Assembly: GCA_963727455.1 (NCBI GenBank)
Contig: CAVSGG010000003.1
Coordinates: 164,160-228,159, forward strand
Source: Candidatus Krumholzibacteriota bacterium
Lineage (GTDB): Bacteria; Krumholzibacteriota; Krumholzibacteriia; JAJRXK01
Length of the DNA: 64,000 bases
Direction: 5' to 3'
Shown: positions 1 to 9,323 of the stretch, piece by piece
Layout: each line of letters starts with the position of its first letter
Position numbering within the stretch: position 1 is the first letter of the stretch
The notes under the pieces: generated by a model
Databases searched by the model: none
Told to the model about the DNA's origin: nothing
The model's input: the letters and a program-made list of their open reading frames with translations, nothing else
Made by a program: the position numbers and the translations under genes

Positions 1-739
1 TCGCCGTACGGAGGGCCTGTCGCTTCTGCTTGCGCAACTCGCTCTTTTGCAGCGCTTCGATGCGATCGCCCAGAGCTTGCCGCTGCCGGTGGAGCTCGGC
101 GAGTTCGTGCTCGATTTCGCCGATTTCCGTGTCGCAACGCGCGATTTCCGTCTCGACTTTGCCCTTGCCGGCGAGGGTGGCGCCCTCGTATTCGGCCATA
201 CCCTTTTCCAAGGCGCGCAGTGCCGCGGCAGCGGTCGATTCCAGCGACTGCGAATCGGCCATGCGCTGAATGGCCTCACTCAGTCCCGAGGCATCGCCCC
301 AACCGACTTCGCCCTGGCGTATGAATGCGCTGTGCAGAAAGTGTTCGCGGGAGAGTCCCAGCAGTCGCTCGCCGACCACCACGTTCTTCCCGCTGCGAAA
401 GCGGTCACTGATGTTCTGGCCCGCCGCGAGCACCCGGATGGAATCCTCGCGAAAATCGCGCTCGATGGTGAGTTCGTCCGCGCCGTGACGCAGCCTCAAT
501 ACCAGGCCGTAAGGCCCCCCGTTCCAAGGGCGGTAGACCTCCCATTCGCTCAGCTTGCCCTTGGCGCGACGCTTGTCCTTGTTCAGTCCATAGAGCGCGG
601 CAAGGATGGCCTCCATCAGCGTGGTCTTTCCCGCCTCGTTGCGCTCGAGCAGCAGTCCGAGCTTGCCTGCGCCGGGATCGAGGGAATACTCCCCGCAGAG
701 TTGGCCAAAACCCTTGATGCTCAGCTGTAGAATGCGCAT
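1..739 (-). CDS. Rad50/SbcC-like (YhaN-type) AAA ATPase, N-terminal part; runs off the window start
   Basis: Not in the ORF track (no stop in window). Manual translation from ATG 739: MRILQLSIKGFGQLCGEYSLDPGAGKLGLLLERNEAGKTTLMEAILAALYG...YRPW. This is an SMC/Rad50 N-terminus with Walker A NEAGKTT. TAATG overlap with the upstream nuclease stop. Confidence 0.85.
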   Translation of the reverse strand, partial: MRILQLSIKGFGQLCGEYSLDPGAGKLGLLLERNEAGKTTLMEAILAALYGLNKDKRRAKGKLSEWEVYRPWNGGPYGLVLRLRHGADELTIERDFREDSIRVLAAGQNISDRFRSGKNVVVGERLLGLSREHFLHSAFIRQGEVGWGDASGLSEAIQRMADSQSLESTAAAALRALEKGMAEYEGATLAGKGKVETEIARCDTEIGEIEHELAELHRQRQALGDRIEALQKSELRKQKRQALRTA

Positions 740-1935
740 TAGGCCTCGTAGTGGCTGTCCAAACGTCCCTCGGAAAGAGCATCCAGACCGTAGAGCAGGG
801 CGCGGCGCACGATTTCGGCTTCTTCCCCTTCGCTCTCCTTCAGGCGCTGGCGCAACTGCGCCACGAAGCGCTCTTCGGTGGTGCGCGCCTGCTCGAGCGG
901 GGGATAGCGGTCCAGGTCGATATCCGCCGTGAGTTGCGAGAGGTCGCTCACGAAGTGGAAATAACGCTCCGCGATCTCTTCGAGAAAACCGAGTTCGAGT
1001 CCCCGCGTCCGCCGCCCCGAAAGCTTCAGGTATACCAAGTCCTGCGCGCGCGCCGCGCTCTGTCCCAGGGCCTCCTCCACTCTGGCTCGTGCCGCGTCCA
1101 TGTAGGCGCAGGCCGAGAGATCGCAGTCGACCGCGTGGACCTCGCGTGGATCCAGGGCTACGAACTCCACCCGGGGCGCGGACTCGCTGAGCGTTACTAC
1201 GAGCGCGCCTTTCTTGCCGAGCTCGTCCAGGCCGGCGGCCAGGAGGCTCCCGCTGTAGGCGCCGATCGGTGCGCCGTCATCCCCCTGAAGCAGCTGGTGC
1301 TGGTGGTAGTGCCCCAGAGCGGTCCACTTGAAGTCCTGGGCGCGCAGCTCTTCCTCGCTAAAGGGATAGGTCGCCTTTTGACTCTGCAAATAACCGCCAT
1401 CATCGCGGCTTCCGTGGAAGAGAAGGAGTGGGAACTTGCTCTGCGGCCGCTCGACGCGACTCGCCAATCGCCGCAGCTTGCTGGGGAGATTCGCCGCCAC
1501 CCCGCAGGCGGTGACCGAGATCTCCGGCCGGTCGGGCCATAGCACGCTGCGGAAGTCTTCGTGCGCAAAGAGCTGTACGTTCTCCGGCCAGCGGAAGTCG
1601 CGCGTACCCTCGACCTGTTCCTGACGGTAGGGAGAGACCCCGCCATAGGCATCGTGGTTGCCGGGAGCCAGAAAGACCGGTTTGGGAGCGATCGAAGCGA
1701 AGGTCTCGGCAACAAAGCGCAGGGTGTCGCTCTTGACCAGCTCGTCGTCGAAAAGATCGCCCGGAAGCAGGACTCCGTCCAGATCCCGGCTCGCTACCAG
1801 GGCAAAGGCGGTACGGAAGGCCTCGCGCCGCTCCCGTTCGCGCTGAGAGGCCTTGCGCGGATCCAGCCGCAGCTTGCCCGCGCGCAGAGGGGCGTCGAAG
1901 TGAAGGTCGGAGAGCTGCAGAAAGCTCAAGCTCAC
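739..1935 (-). CDS. Mre11/SbcD-family DNA repair metallophosphoesterase nuclease
   Basis: Motifs SDLH, GDLFD, GNHD, HG, LGHYH; translationally coupled to the Rad50-like ATPase. Confidence 0.9.
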   Translation of the reverse strand: MSLSFLQLSDLHFDAPLRAGKLRLDPRKASQRERERREAFRTAFALVASRDLDGVLLPGDLFDDELVKSDTLRFVAETFASIAPKPVFLAPGNHDAYGGVSPYRQEQVEGTRDFRWPENVQLFAHEDFRSVLWPDRPEISVTACGVAANLPSKLRRLASRVERPQSKFPLLLFHGSRDDGGYLQSQKATYPFSEEELRAQDFKWTALGHYHQHQLLQGDDGAPIGAYSGSLLAAGLDELGKKGALVVTLSESAPRVEFVALDPREVHAVDCDLSACAYMDAARARVEEALGQSAARAQDLVYLKLSGRRTRGLELGFLEEIAERYFHFVSDLSQLTADIDLDRYPPLEQARTTEERFVAQLRQRLKESEGEEAEIVRRALLYGLDALSEGRLDSHYEA

Positions 1936-2013
1936 GTCGATGGGCCTTTCGAAACGAAACCCGGCGACCGTGAGTACGGCCGCCGGATTCTCAGGGGCTT
2001 CCGTCTTCCCCCG

Positions 2014-3408
2014 TCAACGTGTTCGCATCTGCTGTCTGGAGAAATAGTCCTTCGTCAGCCTGACTAAAACTCCCGAGAGTGCGAACACGCCAATCAAATT
2101 GGGCAACGACATGAGCCCGAGCGTGATGTCCGCGAAATTCCAGACCAGCTCTAGGGACCAAATCGCACCCAGGAACTGAAAGACCACGAAAACCCAACGA
2201 TAGATGGGCCGGGCCTGTGCGCCCCAAAGGTAATCAACGGCTCGATCACCATAGTAGGACCAAGTCACCGATGTAGAAAAAGCATAGAATGGAATGGAAA
2301 GAGTAACAATGTATTTTCCGTATTCCCCGAGCAACGGATGAAGTCCTTTGGTGAACGCCCACGAGGTGAGGACTGCCCCGTTGAGAGCTTCCCCCGTCAC
2401 CGGATCCACTGCTTCGCGCCATGAATTCGTGAGAATGATCACGAGCCCCGTCATGGTGCAGATGACCAGGGTATCGATCAAGGGCCCCACCATCGCCACC
2501 AATCCCTCGCGCACCGGTTCCTTCGTCTTGGCCGCGGCATGCGCGATGGGCGCGCTTCCCTGGCCAGCCTCGTTCGAGAACAGCCCCCGCTTGATGCCCC
2601 ATTGCAGGGTGATCGCCACGCCGGCGCCGAGAAACCCGCCCGCGGCCGCGGTAGGATGAAAGGCGTCGTAGAAGATGAGGCGGAAGGAGGGCACGATCTG
2701 GTGATAGTTGAATACCAGCAGGGTCAACGCTCCACCCACGTAAAACACCGACATGAAGGGGACGAGACGGCTCGCGACCTGACCGATGCGCTTGATGCCG
2801 CCCACGATGACCAGGGCTAGAAGGGAGGCCAGAACCACTCCGGTGATCCAGGTGGGTACGCCGAGATCGGCCTGGAGATTGCCCGCGACAGTATTGCTCT
2901 GGACGATATTGGCCGATCCCATGCTCGCCACCACGGTAAGGAATGCGAAGCTGGCTGCCATCCACTTCCAGCGCGGTCCCATGCCCTTTTCGATGAAGTA
3001 CATCGCTCCTCCCGCTGCGGAGCCATCGGGCTGGATGTCGCGAAAATGATGGGACAGGGTGCACTCGGCGTACTTGGTGGCCATGCCCACGAAGGCAGAG
3101 ACCCACATCCAGAACAGAGCGCCCGGCCCCCCGATGTGCATCGCAGTGGCGACACCGGCGATGTTCCCGATCCCGATGGTTGCGCTGAGTGCGGCGGAGA
3201 GCGCCTGGAAGTGATTGATGTCCCCCTCGTCCTCGGGGTCGTCGTACTTGCCGCGAATGATGTTGATGGCATGCTTCAAGTGACGCAGCTGAATGAAGCG
3301 CGACAAGAAGGTGAGATAGATGCCTCCCCCCAAGATGAGGATGATCAGCGGAAGTCCCCACAGGAAGCTCGAGATGGCCTTGAGAATGATAGTGATCTCT
3401 TGGAGCAT
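2014..3408 (-). CDS. Alanine/glycine:cation symporter (AGCS family)
   Basis: FQALSAALSATIGIGNIAGVA, GGPGALFWMW, RGLFSNEAGQGSAPIAHA. Start placed at ATG 3408 (MLQEITIIL) because the 3483 ATG lies inside the predicted promoter. Confidence 0.93.
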   Translation of the reverse strand: MLQEITIILKAISSFLWGLPLIILILGGGIYLTFLSRFIQLRHLKHAINIIRGKYDDPEDEGDINHFQALSAALSATIGIGNIAGVATAMHIGGPGALFWMWVSAFVGMATKYAECTLSHHFRDIQPDGSAAGGAMYFIEKGMGPRWKWMAASFAFLTVVASMGSANIVQSNTVAGNLQADLGVPTWITGVVLASLLALVIVGGIKRIGQVASRLVPFMSVFYVGGALTLLVFNYHQIVPSFRLIFYDAFHPTAAAGGFLGAGVAITLQWGIKRGLFSNEAGQGSAPIAHAAAKTKEPVREGLVAMVGPLIDTLVICTMTGLVIILTNSWREAVDPVTGEALNGAVLTSWAFTKGLHPLLGEYGKYIVTLSIPFYAFSTSVTWSYYGDRAVDYLWGAQARPIYRWVFVVFQFLGAIWSLELVWNFADITLGLMSLPNLIGVFALSGVLVRLTKDYFSRQQMRTR

Positions 3409-3466
3409 GCAGGAGGGGCGGGGGCGTGTTCGGGGAAATCCGCGCGCTTTGCTAATGCGCTCGGGA

Positions 3467-3496
3467 AAAGTAACCCGCTCCATCGCAAGGGGTCAA
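3467..3496 (-). promoter_or_regulatory. Putative sigma70 promoter for the AGCS gene
   Basis: Minus strand TTGACC-N18-TACTTT about 60 nt upstream of ATG 3408. Confidence 0.35.
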
Positions 3497-3521
3497 GCGT
3501 TCCCCGCCGGAACGCAGGCGC

Positions 3522-5825
3522 TCACAGTCGGATCGCGTAGCTCAGCTTTAGGGTGAGATCGCCGCGGCGAGGCGCGAAATTCTGCTCGTTGTCCGTCCGT
3601 TCGTCGGTGAACACCAGGTAGAAATCACTTTCGTCGCCAAAGAGGTAGTGGAGGCGCGCCTGACTCAAAACGGCGTTCGAGGCGCTATTCCACTGCGAAA
3701 ACAGCGCCAAGCTGAGCGCATTCGAGAAGTCCACTGCGAGCCGCACGCGTACGATCTTGGCGCGAAAGCGCTGCTCGACGCCGCTGGAAAGCTCGTCGCG
3801 GTGCAGTCGATGGCTTTCCCCCTGAAGCGAGAGCGCCAGATGGGGCGCGATCCTTCCCGTTGCTTCCGCGCTCAGACTGTTGAGGATACCGTCGAAGTAG
3901 TCCCCCAGTTCACCCTCGGCCTTTAGGGCGAAGGGAAGCGAGGGGTTGGAGCCGAGGCTGAATCCTACCCGGCGGAAGTGATAGTCCCCCTGCGGAAACA
4001 CGACCTCGCCCAGGGGAAACACCTCAAAGAGCCGCTCGAAGGAGTCACTGAGATAGAGCGAGAGAACTTGATCGTCGCGACCGATGAGGTTTCCCTGAAG
4101 CCACAGGTTGCGTGAGGAAAATGTGCCATCGCGCTGATCGATCCACTCGCCGTACACGAAGGTCTCCGCGCTGCGCAAGAGCCCCCAGTTGGGTTCGGGA
4201 GTCCAACCCAGCTCGGTGATGTGGCGCTCGATGTCCCGACGCGGCAAAAAGCCCACCCGAGGCGCGTAGTCGCGCCCGTAAACCTCGTAGAGGTAGTTTC
4301 CATAGTACAAAGGACGGCTGTAACGGACTCGCGCTCCCCAGCTGCCGTGATCGGGTCCCGCGCGCGGCTGATCGGAGAAAGCCTGCGGGTCGTTGAAAAG
4401 CCCCTCTTTGCTCTCGTTGCTGAAAGAGCCGTAGGCCGCGATGTCCAGGTCGTCGCCGGGCCGTAGATCGCAATCCAAACCAAAGACGCGGTTGTAGACG
4501 CTCCCTCCTTCGGCCGCCCGCGACACGAGAATGGCCCCCACCCGGTTGCGCTGCCCGATGTCCTGGCTCACCCGCGCCACGTCAAAACGATAGTCTGGCG
4601 TCTCCGCACGGCCCTTGGATTTCAGATCGAGGAACCCCACGTCCGTTCGGCCCAGTTTTCCCGTGAGACGGGTACCATATTCGATGGGAACCGTCTCGAA
4701 GTTCGGGTTCAGACCAATGCGGCGGCTGAAAAAGGCACGATTGTCCGGCGAGCCAAAAGAGAAATAGTCGCGGTTCTCCAGAAAGAACTCTCGCTTCTCC
4801 GGATAGTAGAGGGGAAATCGAGTGAGATTGACCTGCTCATCGTCGACCTCCACCTGGGCAAAATCGGTGTTCACGGTGAGGTCGAGGGTCAGATTGGAGG
4901 AGAGTCCCAGCTTGAGATCGTAACCCACCGCTCCATCGGTGGACCAATCGTCCCGGCTGAAGGCCGAAGGATCGCCGGTGTCCCCGCGCGAGAGCGTCCC
5001 GAGCGCGTAGGGGCGAAGTAAGATGTTGCTCCCCGGAGCGATGTCCTGCAAGCCGTCGAGGGTACCGGCCTGACTCACGCGCATGATGTCGAAATGCCGC
5101 CCGATGGGGGCCCACATGCTCTGTTCGTTTCCCAGGCGACGCTGCCGTTCGAAGTTGATTCCCATGCTGAGCGTCCCCGCGGGAGAAAAGCGCAGAGTCC
5201 GCCAAGGGATCTCGATTTCTCCCTGCCAACCCCGATCGCTAAGTCGACACGCCGCGTTCCAGACGCCATCCCAATCGACGTTGAATTGGTCGCTGGCTCC
5301 CTCCGCGCGAAAGAGAGCATCGCGGCGCATTCCGTTGGGATTCACCTGGAAAAAGAAACCGTTCTGCAGGTCGTGGTAGGTGTCCAGCACCACCGTGAAG
5401 TAATCGTCGGCCGAGATGTCCGCGTCGCGTCCCAGAACGCGATGGATGATCTTACTGGGATGATCGTCGTAACAGACGAAGCCCAGGTAGAGGGCGTGGG
5501 TGGTGTAGACGATCTTCACTTTCGTGGGTTGGCTCGCCGGCTCGCCGCTCTGCGGCCGTTGCTGCACGAAATCGCGCGCCACCGCGGCGTCTTTCCAGAG
5601 CGGTTCGTCCAGGATTCCATCGATCTTGGGCGCATGGGCCACGCGCACCGCACGCAGGGAGCGAACAGCCAAGAGCTCGCTCTGAGCTGCGCCGGCCGTA
5701 GTGTCTTGGTCTTCAGCGAAGGAATCCACGCTGAAGAGGCAGGCGTGGAATGCAAAAAGCAGAAACAGAAGCGAGCCGCGCGCTTGGGACAGCTTCTTCA
5801 AGCCTAGAGAAACGAAGGTCATCAA
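3522..5825 (-). CDS. CBM9-like / DUF5916-type outer-membrane protein
   Basis: Signal peptide; PKIDGILDEPLW and GWQGEIEIPW (CBM9-like); TVNTDFAQVEVD...NLTRFPLYYPEKREFFLE and FFSRRIGL; beta-barrel-like C-terminus. Confidence 0.8.
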   Translation of the reverse strand: MMTFVSLGLKKLSQARGSLLFLLFAFHACLFSVDSFAEDQDTTAGAAQSELLAVRSLRAVRVAHAPKIDGILDEPLWKDAAVARDFVQQRPQSGEPASQPTKVKIVYTTHALYLGFVCYDDHPSKIIHRVLGRDADISADDYFTVVLDTYHDLQNGFFFQVNPNGMRRDALFRAEGASDQFNVDWDGVWNAACRLSDRGWQGEIEIPWRTLRFSPAGTLSMGINFERQRRLGNEQSMWAPIGRHFDIMRVSQAGTLDGLQDIAPGSNILLRPYALGTLSRGDTGDPSAFSRDDWSTDGAVGYDLKLGLSSNLTLDLTVNTDFAQVEVDDEQVNLTRFPLYYPEKREFFLENRDYFSFGSPDNRAFFSRRIGLNPNFETVPIEYGTRLTGKLGRTDVGFLDLKSKGRAETPDYRFDVARVSQDIGQRNRVGAILVSRAAEGGSVYNRVFGLDCDLRPGDDLDIAAYGSFSNESKEGLFNDPQAFSDQPRAGPDHGSWGARVRYSRPLYYGNYLYEVYGRDYAPRVGFLPRRDIERHITELGWTPEPNWGLLRSAETFVYGEWIDQRDGTFSSRNLWLQGNLIGRDDQVLSLYLSDSFERLFEVFPLGEVVFPQGDYHFRRVGFSLGSNPSLPFALKAEGELGDYFDGILNSLSAEATGRIAPHLALSLQGESHRLHRDELSSGVEQRFRAKIVRVRLAVDFSNALSLALFSQWNSASNAVLSQARLHYLFGDESDFYLVFTDERTDNEQNFAPRRGDLTLKLSYAIRL

Positions 5826-5839
5826 GCTCCCTCGGCGGC

Positions 5840-8239
5840 CTACTTGTAACCCGGTGGGATGGGTAGGCTGGGATCCAGTTCGTGGGCCTTCTGAATGGCC
5901 TCGCGCGCTTCGTCCTTCTTGCCCTGCATCGCCAAGATGGCTCCGAGTTGGAGCCTCGATGTACCGTCCTCCGGTGTTTGCTCCACCACCTCACGCGCCA
6001 GCTTTTCAGCCTCGACAAGACGGCCCATCTGGGCGTAGATCGCCGCGAGCTGGCTCCGCGCGTCCACCATGCTCGGATCGAGCTTGAGCACCTTTTCGAA
6101 TGCCTCGGCTCCGGCAGCCACGTTCCCTGCCATGAGATTCGCCATCCCGAGATTGCCCCAGACTTCCGGATCATTCAACTTTGGAGCGGCCTCTTGCAGA
6201 AGTTTCAGTCCTTCTTGCACTTTGCCCGCCTGCAGCGCCGCGCTTCCGAGACGTGCCGCCGATTCGGGACTGGATAGCATGTCGTGCTGCTTCATGAGCT
6301 CCTGGGCCTGCTGCTCCTGACCCGTTTCCATGAGCAGTCCGCTCATGGCCTGTAGCGCATCCGTCAGCTCGGGATTCAGCTGCAGCGCTCTCTCCAGGTT
6401 TTGGCGCGCTTGCGCCGGCTTGCCCTCGTCCTTGAGCATTACGCCCTTGAAGTAGTAGAGGTCGGCCAAACGAGGATCCATCGTGAGCGCCTTCTCGACC
6501 GCAGCTTCAGCTTCCTTGTCGCGGCCGGTCTTGTGCAGAGCGAAACCGCGCGCACCCACGAGGAAGGGCGATTCCGGATGGTGTTGCAGGGCAAGGTCAT
6601 AGGTCTCCAGGACCTTTTGATCGTCGTGTTTCCGCGCGTACACCATGGCCAGATTCTGATAGTTGAGCTCGTTGTCGGGATCCTGATGGATGAGCTTCTC
6701 ATAGAGTTCCTTTGCCTCATCCAGATGCCCCGTCTTCGCGTAGGTCAAGGCGAGGTTGGAACGGGCCTTGAGGTTGCCGGGGTCGTCCTTGAGGATGTCC
6801 TTCAGGGTTTTGATTGCCTCGTCGTACTTCCCCTGGTTGCACAGGACGATGGACATGTTGATCGCCTGTTCGACGTTGGGCGCGACCACGTCGCTCCCGT
6901 GCGCATCTTCCTTGCCTCCTTTGATGTAACCGAGGGAACGCAGCATGTCCTCCATCTTCTCTCCGACCGCCGGATCGACCACGATGTCGTCACCCCGATC
7001 CCAGGGACCGGTTTCGTAAGTGGCGACGGTTTGGTCCGGATGTGCCTTCTGGTATTCCTCGGTGAACGCATCCTTCAACACGTGGCCCTTCATGTCCTCT
7101 GCCACCGGCAAACCGAGAACATGCAGAACCGTCGGCGCCACGTCGTAAATATCCGCGCCCTTGATGTTGTCTCCCGGACGGATGCCCGGCCCGTTCAGCA
7201 GGACGATGCCATCGGGCATGTGGCTCTGATCCGCGGTGTCGATGTTGAACTCCTTTTCCTTCAGTCGCTCGGGGCCGGTGCGGAATCCGTGGTCGGAAAT
7301 GACCATCACCACGGTATTTTTTCCACGATGCTGCAAGAGCTCGCCCAAGAGTTGATCTTGCCATTTCCAGTAGGCCTCGAGGGTTCCGCTGTAACGCTTG
7401 TAGTCCTCGTCGCTGACCCAGGACAGCCGCGGCGGCGCATACTCGTTGAAGAGATGCTGGGTGGCGTCGGTTCCTTCGTAGTAGATCGCGAAGAAACGCG
7501 GATGGTCCTTCTCCAACAATTCGGAACCGATCTTCGTGTAGCCCAGACTGGTGGCGATGTTTTCTCTGAGGTGCTGGATTGGACCCCCGTAGGGACCGCT
7601 CGGTGTCTGGTTTTCGAGTTCACTCTTGCTGCAGTTGATCATCGACAGCATCAAGTCGGAGGGAACCTCCTCGGGCTTGATGAAGTCGCGCCGGACCCTG
7701 TCCATGAGCTCGGGGGGCCAGGTCTTTCCCGGCACGTCCAGGTTGGTTCCGGTAACCCCGAAGGAGTGGAACGCCACGTAGTCACTGACCATGAAACCTT
7801 TCACCGGTTCCACGGGCCAGGTCGCCCACCAACCGATGATGCCGACTGGAATGTCGTGTTCGCTGGCGATGTTCCACAGGGCACGCACCCATCGGTTGCG
7901 GCTGCTGACCGGGATCTTCGAGCCATCGGGTCCATCGCTCATGAACCAGGTGACACCATGCTGGTCCGCGGTCTTCCCCGTCGCGATGCTGGTCCAGAGG
8001 ATGGGGGAGAGCATGGGATTGTCGGTCTGGAGCCGCCCCCACGCTCCCTCGCTGCGCAAGCGACTCAGGTTGGGCATCTCCCCCTTGGCCATGTAGGGCT
8101 CGAGGATGTCCCAATCGGCGCCGTCGAAGCCGATAATCCAAAGGTCCGGTTTGCTGCGTGAGGAGCAGCCGCTCAGGGCCCCTCCCACAACGAGCAGCAG
8201 GAGGAAAAACGCAGACAGCAGTTTCTTGAATGTCATCAT
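5840..8239 (-). CDS. Lipoprotein: alkaline-phosphatase-superfamily (type I phosphodiesterase-like) domain plus TPR repeats
   Basis: Lipobox LSGC; IGFDGADW, SPILWTSIATG, ISDHGF, DVAPTVL, LRSLGY; many C-terminal TPR-like helical repeats. Confidence 0.85.
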   Translation of the reverse strand: MMTFKKLLSAFFLLLLVVGGALSGCSSRSKPDLWIIGFDGADWDILEPYMAKGEMPNLSRLRSEGAWGRLQTDNPMLSPILWTSIATGKTADQHGVTWFMSDGPDGSKIPVSSRNRWVRALWNIASEHDIPVGIIGWWATWPVEPVKGFMVSDYVAFHSFGVTGTNLDVPGKTWPPELMDRVRRDFIKPEEVPSDLMLSMINCSKSELENQTPSGPYGGPIQHLRENIATSLGYTKIGSELLEKDHPRFFAIYYEGTDATQHLFNEYAPPRLSWVSDEDYKRYSGTLEAYWKWQDQLLGELLQHRGKNTVVMVISDHGFRTGPERLKEKEFNIDTADQSHMPDGIVLLNGPGIRPGDNIKGADIYDVAPTVLHVLGLPVAEDMKGHVLKDAFTEEYQKAHPDQTVATYETGPWDRGDDIVVDPAVGEKMEDMLRSLGYIKGGKEDAHGSDVVAPNVEQAINMSIVLCNQGKYDEAIKTLKDILKDDPGNLKARSNLALTYAKTGHLDEAKELYEKLIHQDPDNELNYQNLAMVYARKHDDQKVLETYDLALQHHPESPFLVGARGFALHKTGRDKEAEAAVEKALTMDPRLADLYYFKGVMLKDEGKPAQARQNLERALQLNPELTDALQAMSGLLMETGQEQQAQELMKQHDMLSSPESAARLGSAALQAGKVQEGLKLLQEAAPKLNDPEVWGNLGMANLMAGNVAAGAEAFEKVLKLDPSMVDARSQLAAIYAQMGRLVEAEKLAREVVEQTPEDGTSRLQLGAILAMQGKKDEAREAIQKAHELDPSLPIPPGYK

Positions 8240-8358
8240 CTCAGGAAATAGTTAGGAGAGCCGAGCCAGCCGTAAGTCGAGGATTTTCGCTCCAGCATAC
8301 TCGGGTAGAGAATAGCACAGCTCGACCCCAACCGCACACCTAAGCCCTTTTCCAAAAA

Positions 8359-8376
8359 GCCCTTAGCGCTAAGGGC
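8359..8376. promoter_or_regulatory. Perfect 18-bp palindrome in a divergent intergenic region (candidate operator)
   Basis: GCCCTTAGCGCTAAGGGC equals its own reverse complement; lies between starts 8239(-) and 8455(+). Confidence 0.45.
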
Positions 8377-8454
8377 CACACTTCGTATACCCTTGAGAAG
8401 TAGGGCAGTGCCCATTCTGGATCGAATTGCGTGCATTTGAACTGAGGACCTTCG

Positions 8455-9321
8455 GTGCCGAGTCAAGAGTCCCCCCTTCTGCGAGCCCACGAGCTCTTGC
8501 GCCAGAGCGGCCTCCCCCCTCTGCAGATCCAGAACGCGGGGCGTGGCAGCAATCACCATCTCTTCATCGTGGAGCTGGACGAAGGTCCGTTGCAGCTTTT
8601 GCGCATGCCCGTCGACAACGAGGCCGGGCCGCGGCTGCGCAGCGAGGAAGAGGCGATTCGCCGCGCCGCGGGGACCGTTCCCGTACCCCATCCCACCCTC
8701 CTCATTCCATCTCTGCACCGTCCCAAGGCATGCATCCAGCCGATCATCGAAGGAACCCGGGCGCAGGACTTGCGCTCGCAGGATACCTATGTCCGGCGGG
8801 TCGAAGTGCTCTGCCAGCTTCTGGGCCGAGAGCTTGCCCATCTGCATGGCATCGAGTTTCCGGTACACGAGCCCACCTTCATCCCGTTCTTGAGTCCTAG
8901 TTTCGTGACGGGGAACGAACGCCTGCTCCACGGTGATGCTCACCTCGGAAACCTCATGGTGCAAGCCGACGCCAAGGAAAACGTGCGGGTCTCGGGACTC
9001 ATCGACTGGAGCTTCTGTCACTGGGGTCCCCCGGAGAGCGATCTGGTAGAGATGGCAATCACCGAAGGAGAGCCGCGCCCGGCGCTCGGACGCGCGTTCT
9101 ACGAAGCGTATTTGGAAGGCGGTGGTCTCGAGCCGCGTGAGCACGTCTTCAAGTGGGCCCTAGTGCGTGAGCTGGAGAGAAGGTTGGCGGCGCACGCGCA
9201 AGCCTATGAGCAAACCCCGCGCGACGCCTGGACGCGCTGGCTGGACGCCCTGCACCGTCCCGGCGCCCGGGCCCTTCACGTCTTCTCGCCCGGCCGCCCC
9301 TCCGGTGGCGACTTGGTCTAG
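8455..9321 (+). CDS. Aminoglycoside phosphotransferase (APH)/choline-kinase-like family protein
   Basis: Brenner motif LLHGDAHLGN and LIDWS..G..E.DL. Confidence 0.8.
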   Translation: MPSQESPLLRAHELLRQSGLPPLQIQNAGRGSNHHLFIVELDEGPLQLLRMPVDNEAGPRLRSEEEAIRRAAGTVPVPHPTLLIPSLHRPKACIQPIIEGTRAQDLRSQDTYVRRVEVLCQLLGRELAHLHGIEFPVHEPTFIPFLSPSFVTGNERLLHGDAHLGNLMVQADAKENVRVSGLIDWSFCHWGPPESDLVEMAITEGEPRPALGRAFYEAYLEGGGLEPREHVFKWALVRELERRLAAHAQAYEQTPRDAWTRWLDALHRPGARALHVFSPGRPSGGDLV

Positions 9322-9323
9322 GG

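Noticed and set aside
1-1935. Mre11/Rad50-like pair as an anti-phage system
   Set aside because: It matches the ordinary YhaO/YhaN-type repair pair, and no defence-island neighbours are visible. Genes beyond the window edge are unknown.
3409-3521. Glycine riboswitch upstream of the AGCS symporter
   Set aside because: The leader is short and lacks GGAGA...CCGAAG...CTCTCAGG elements.
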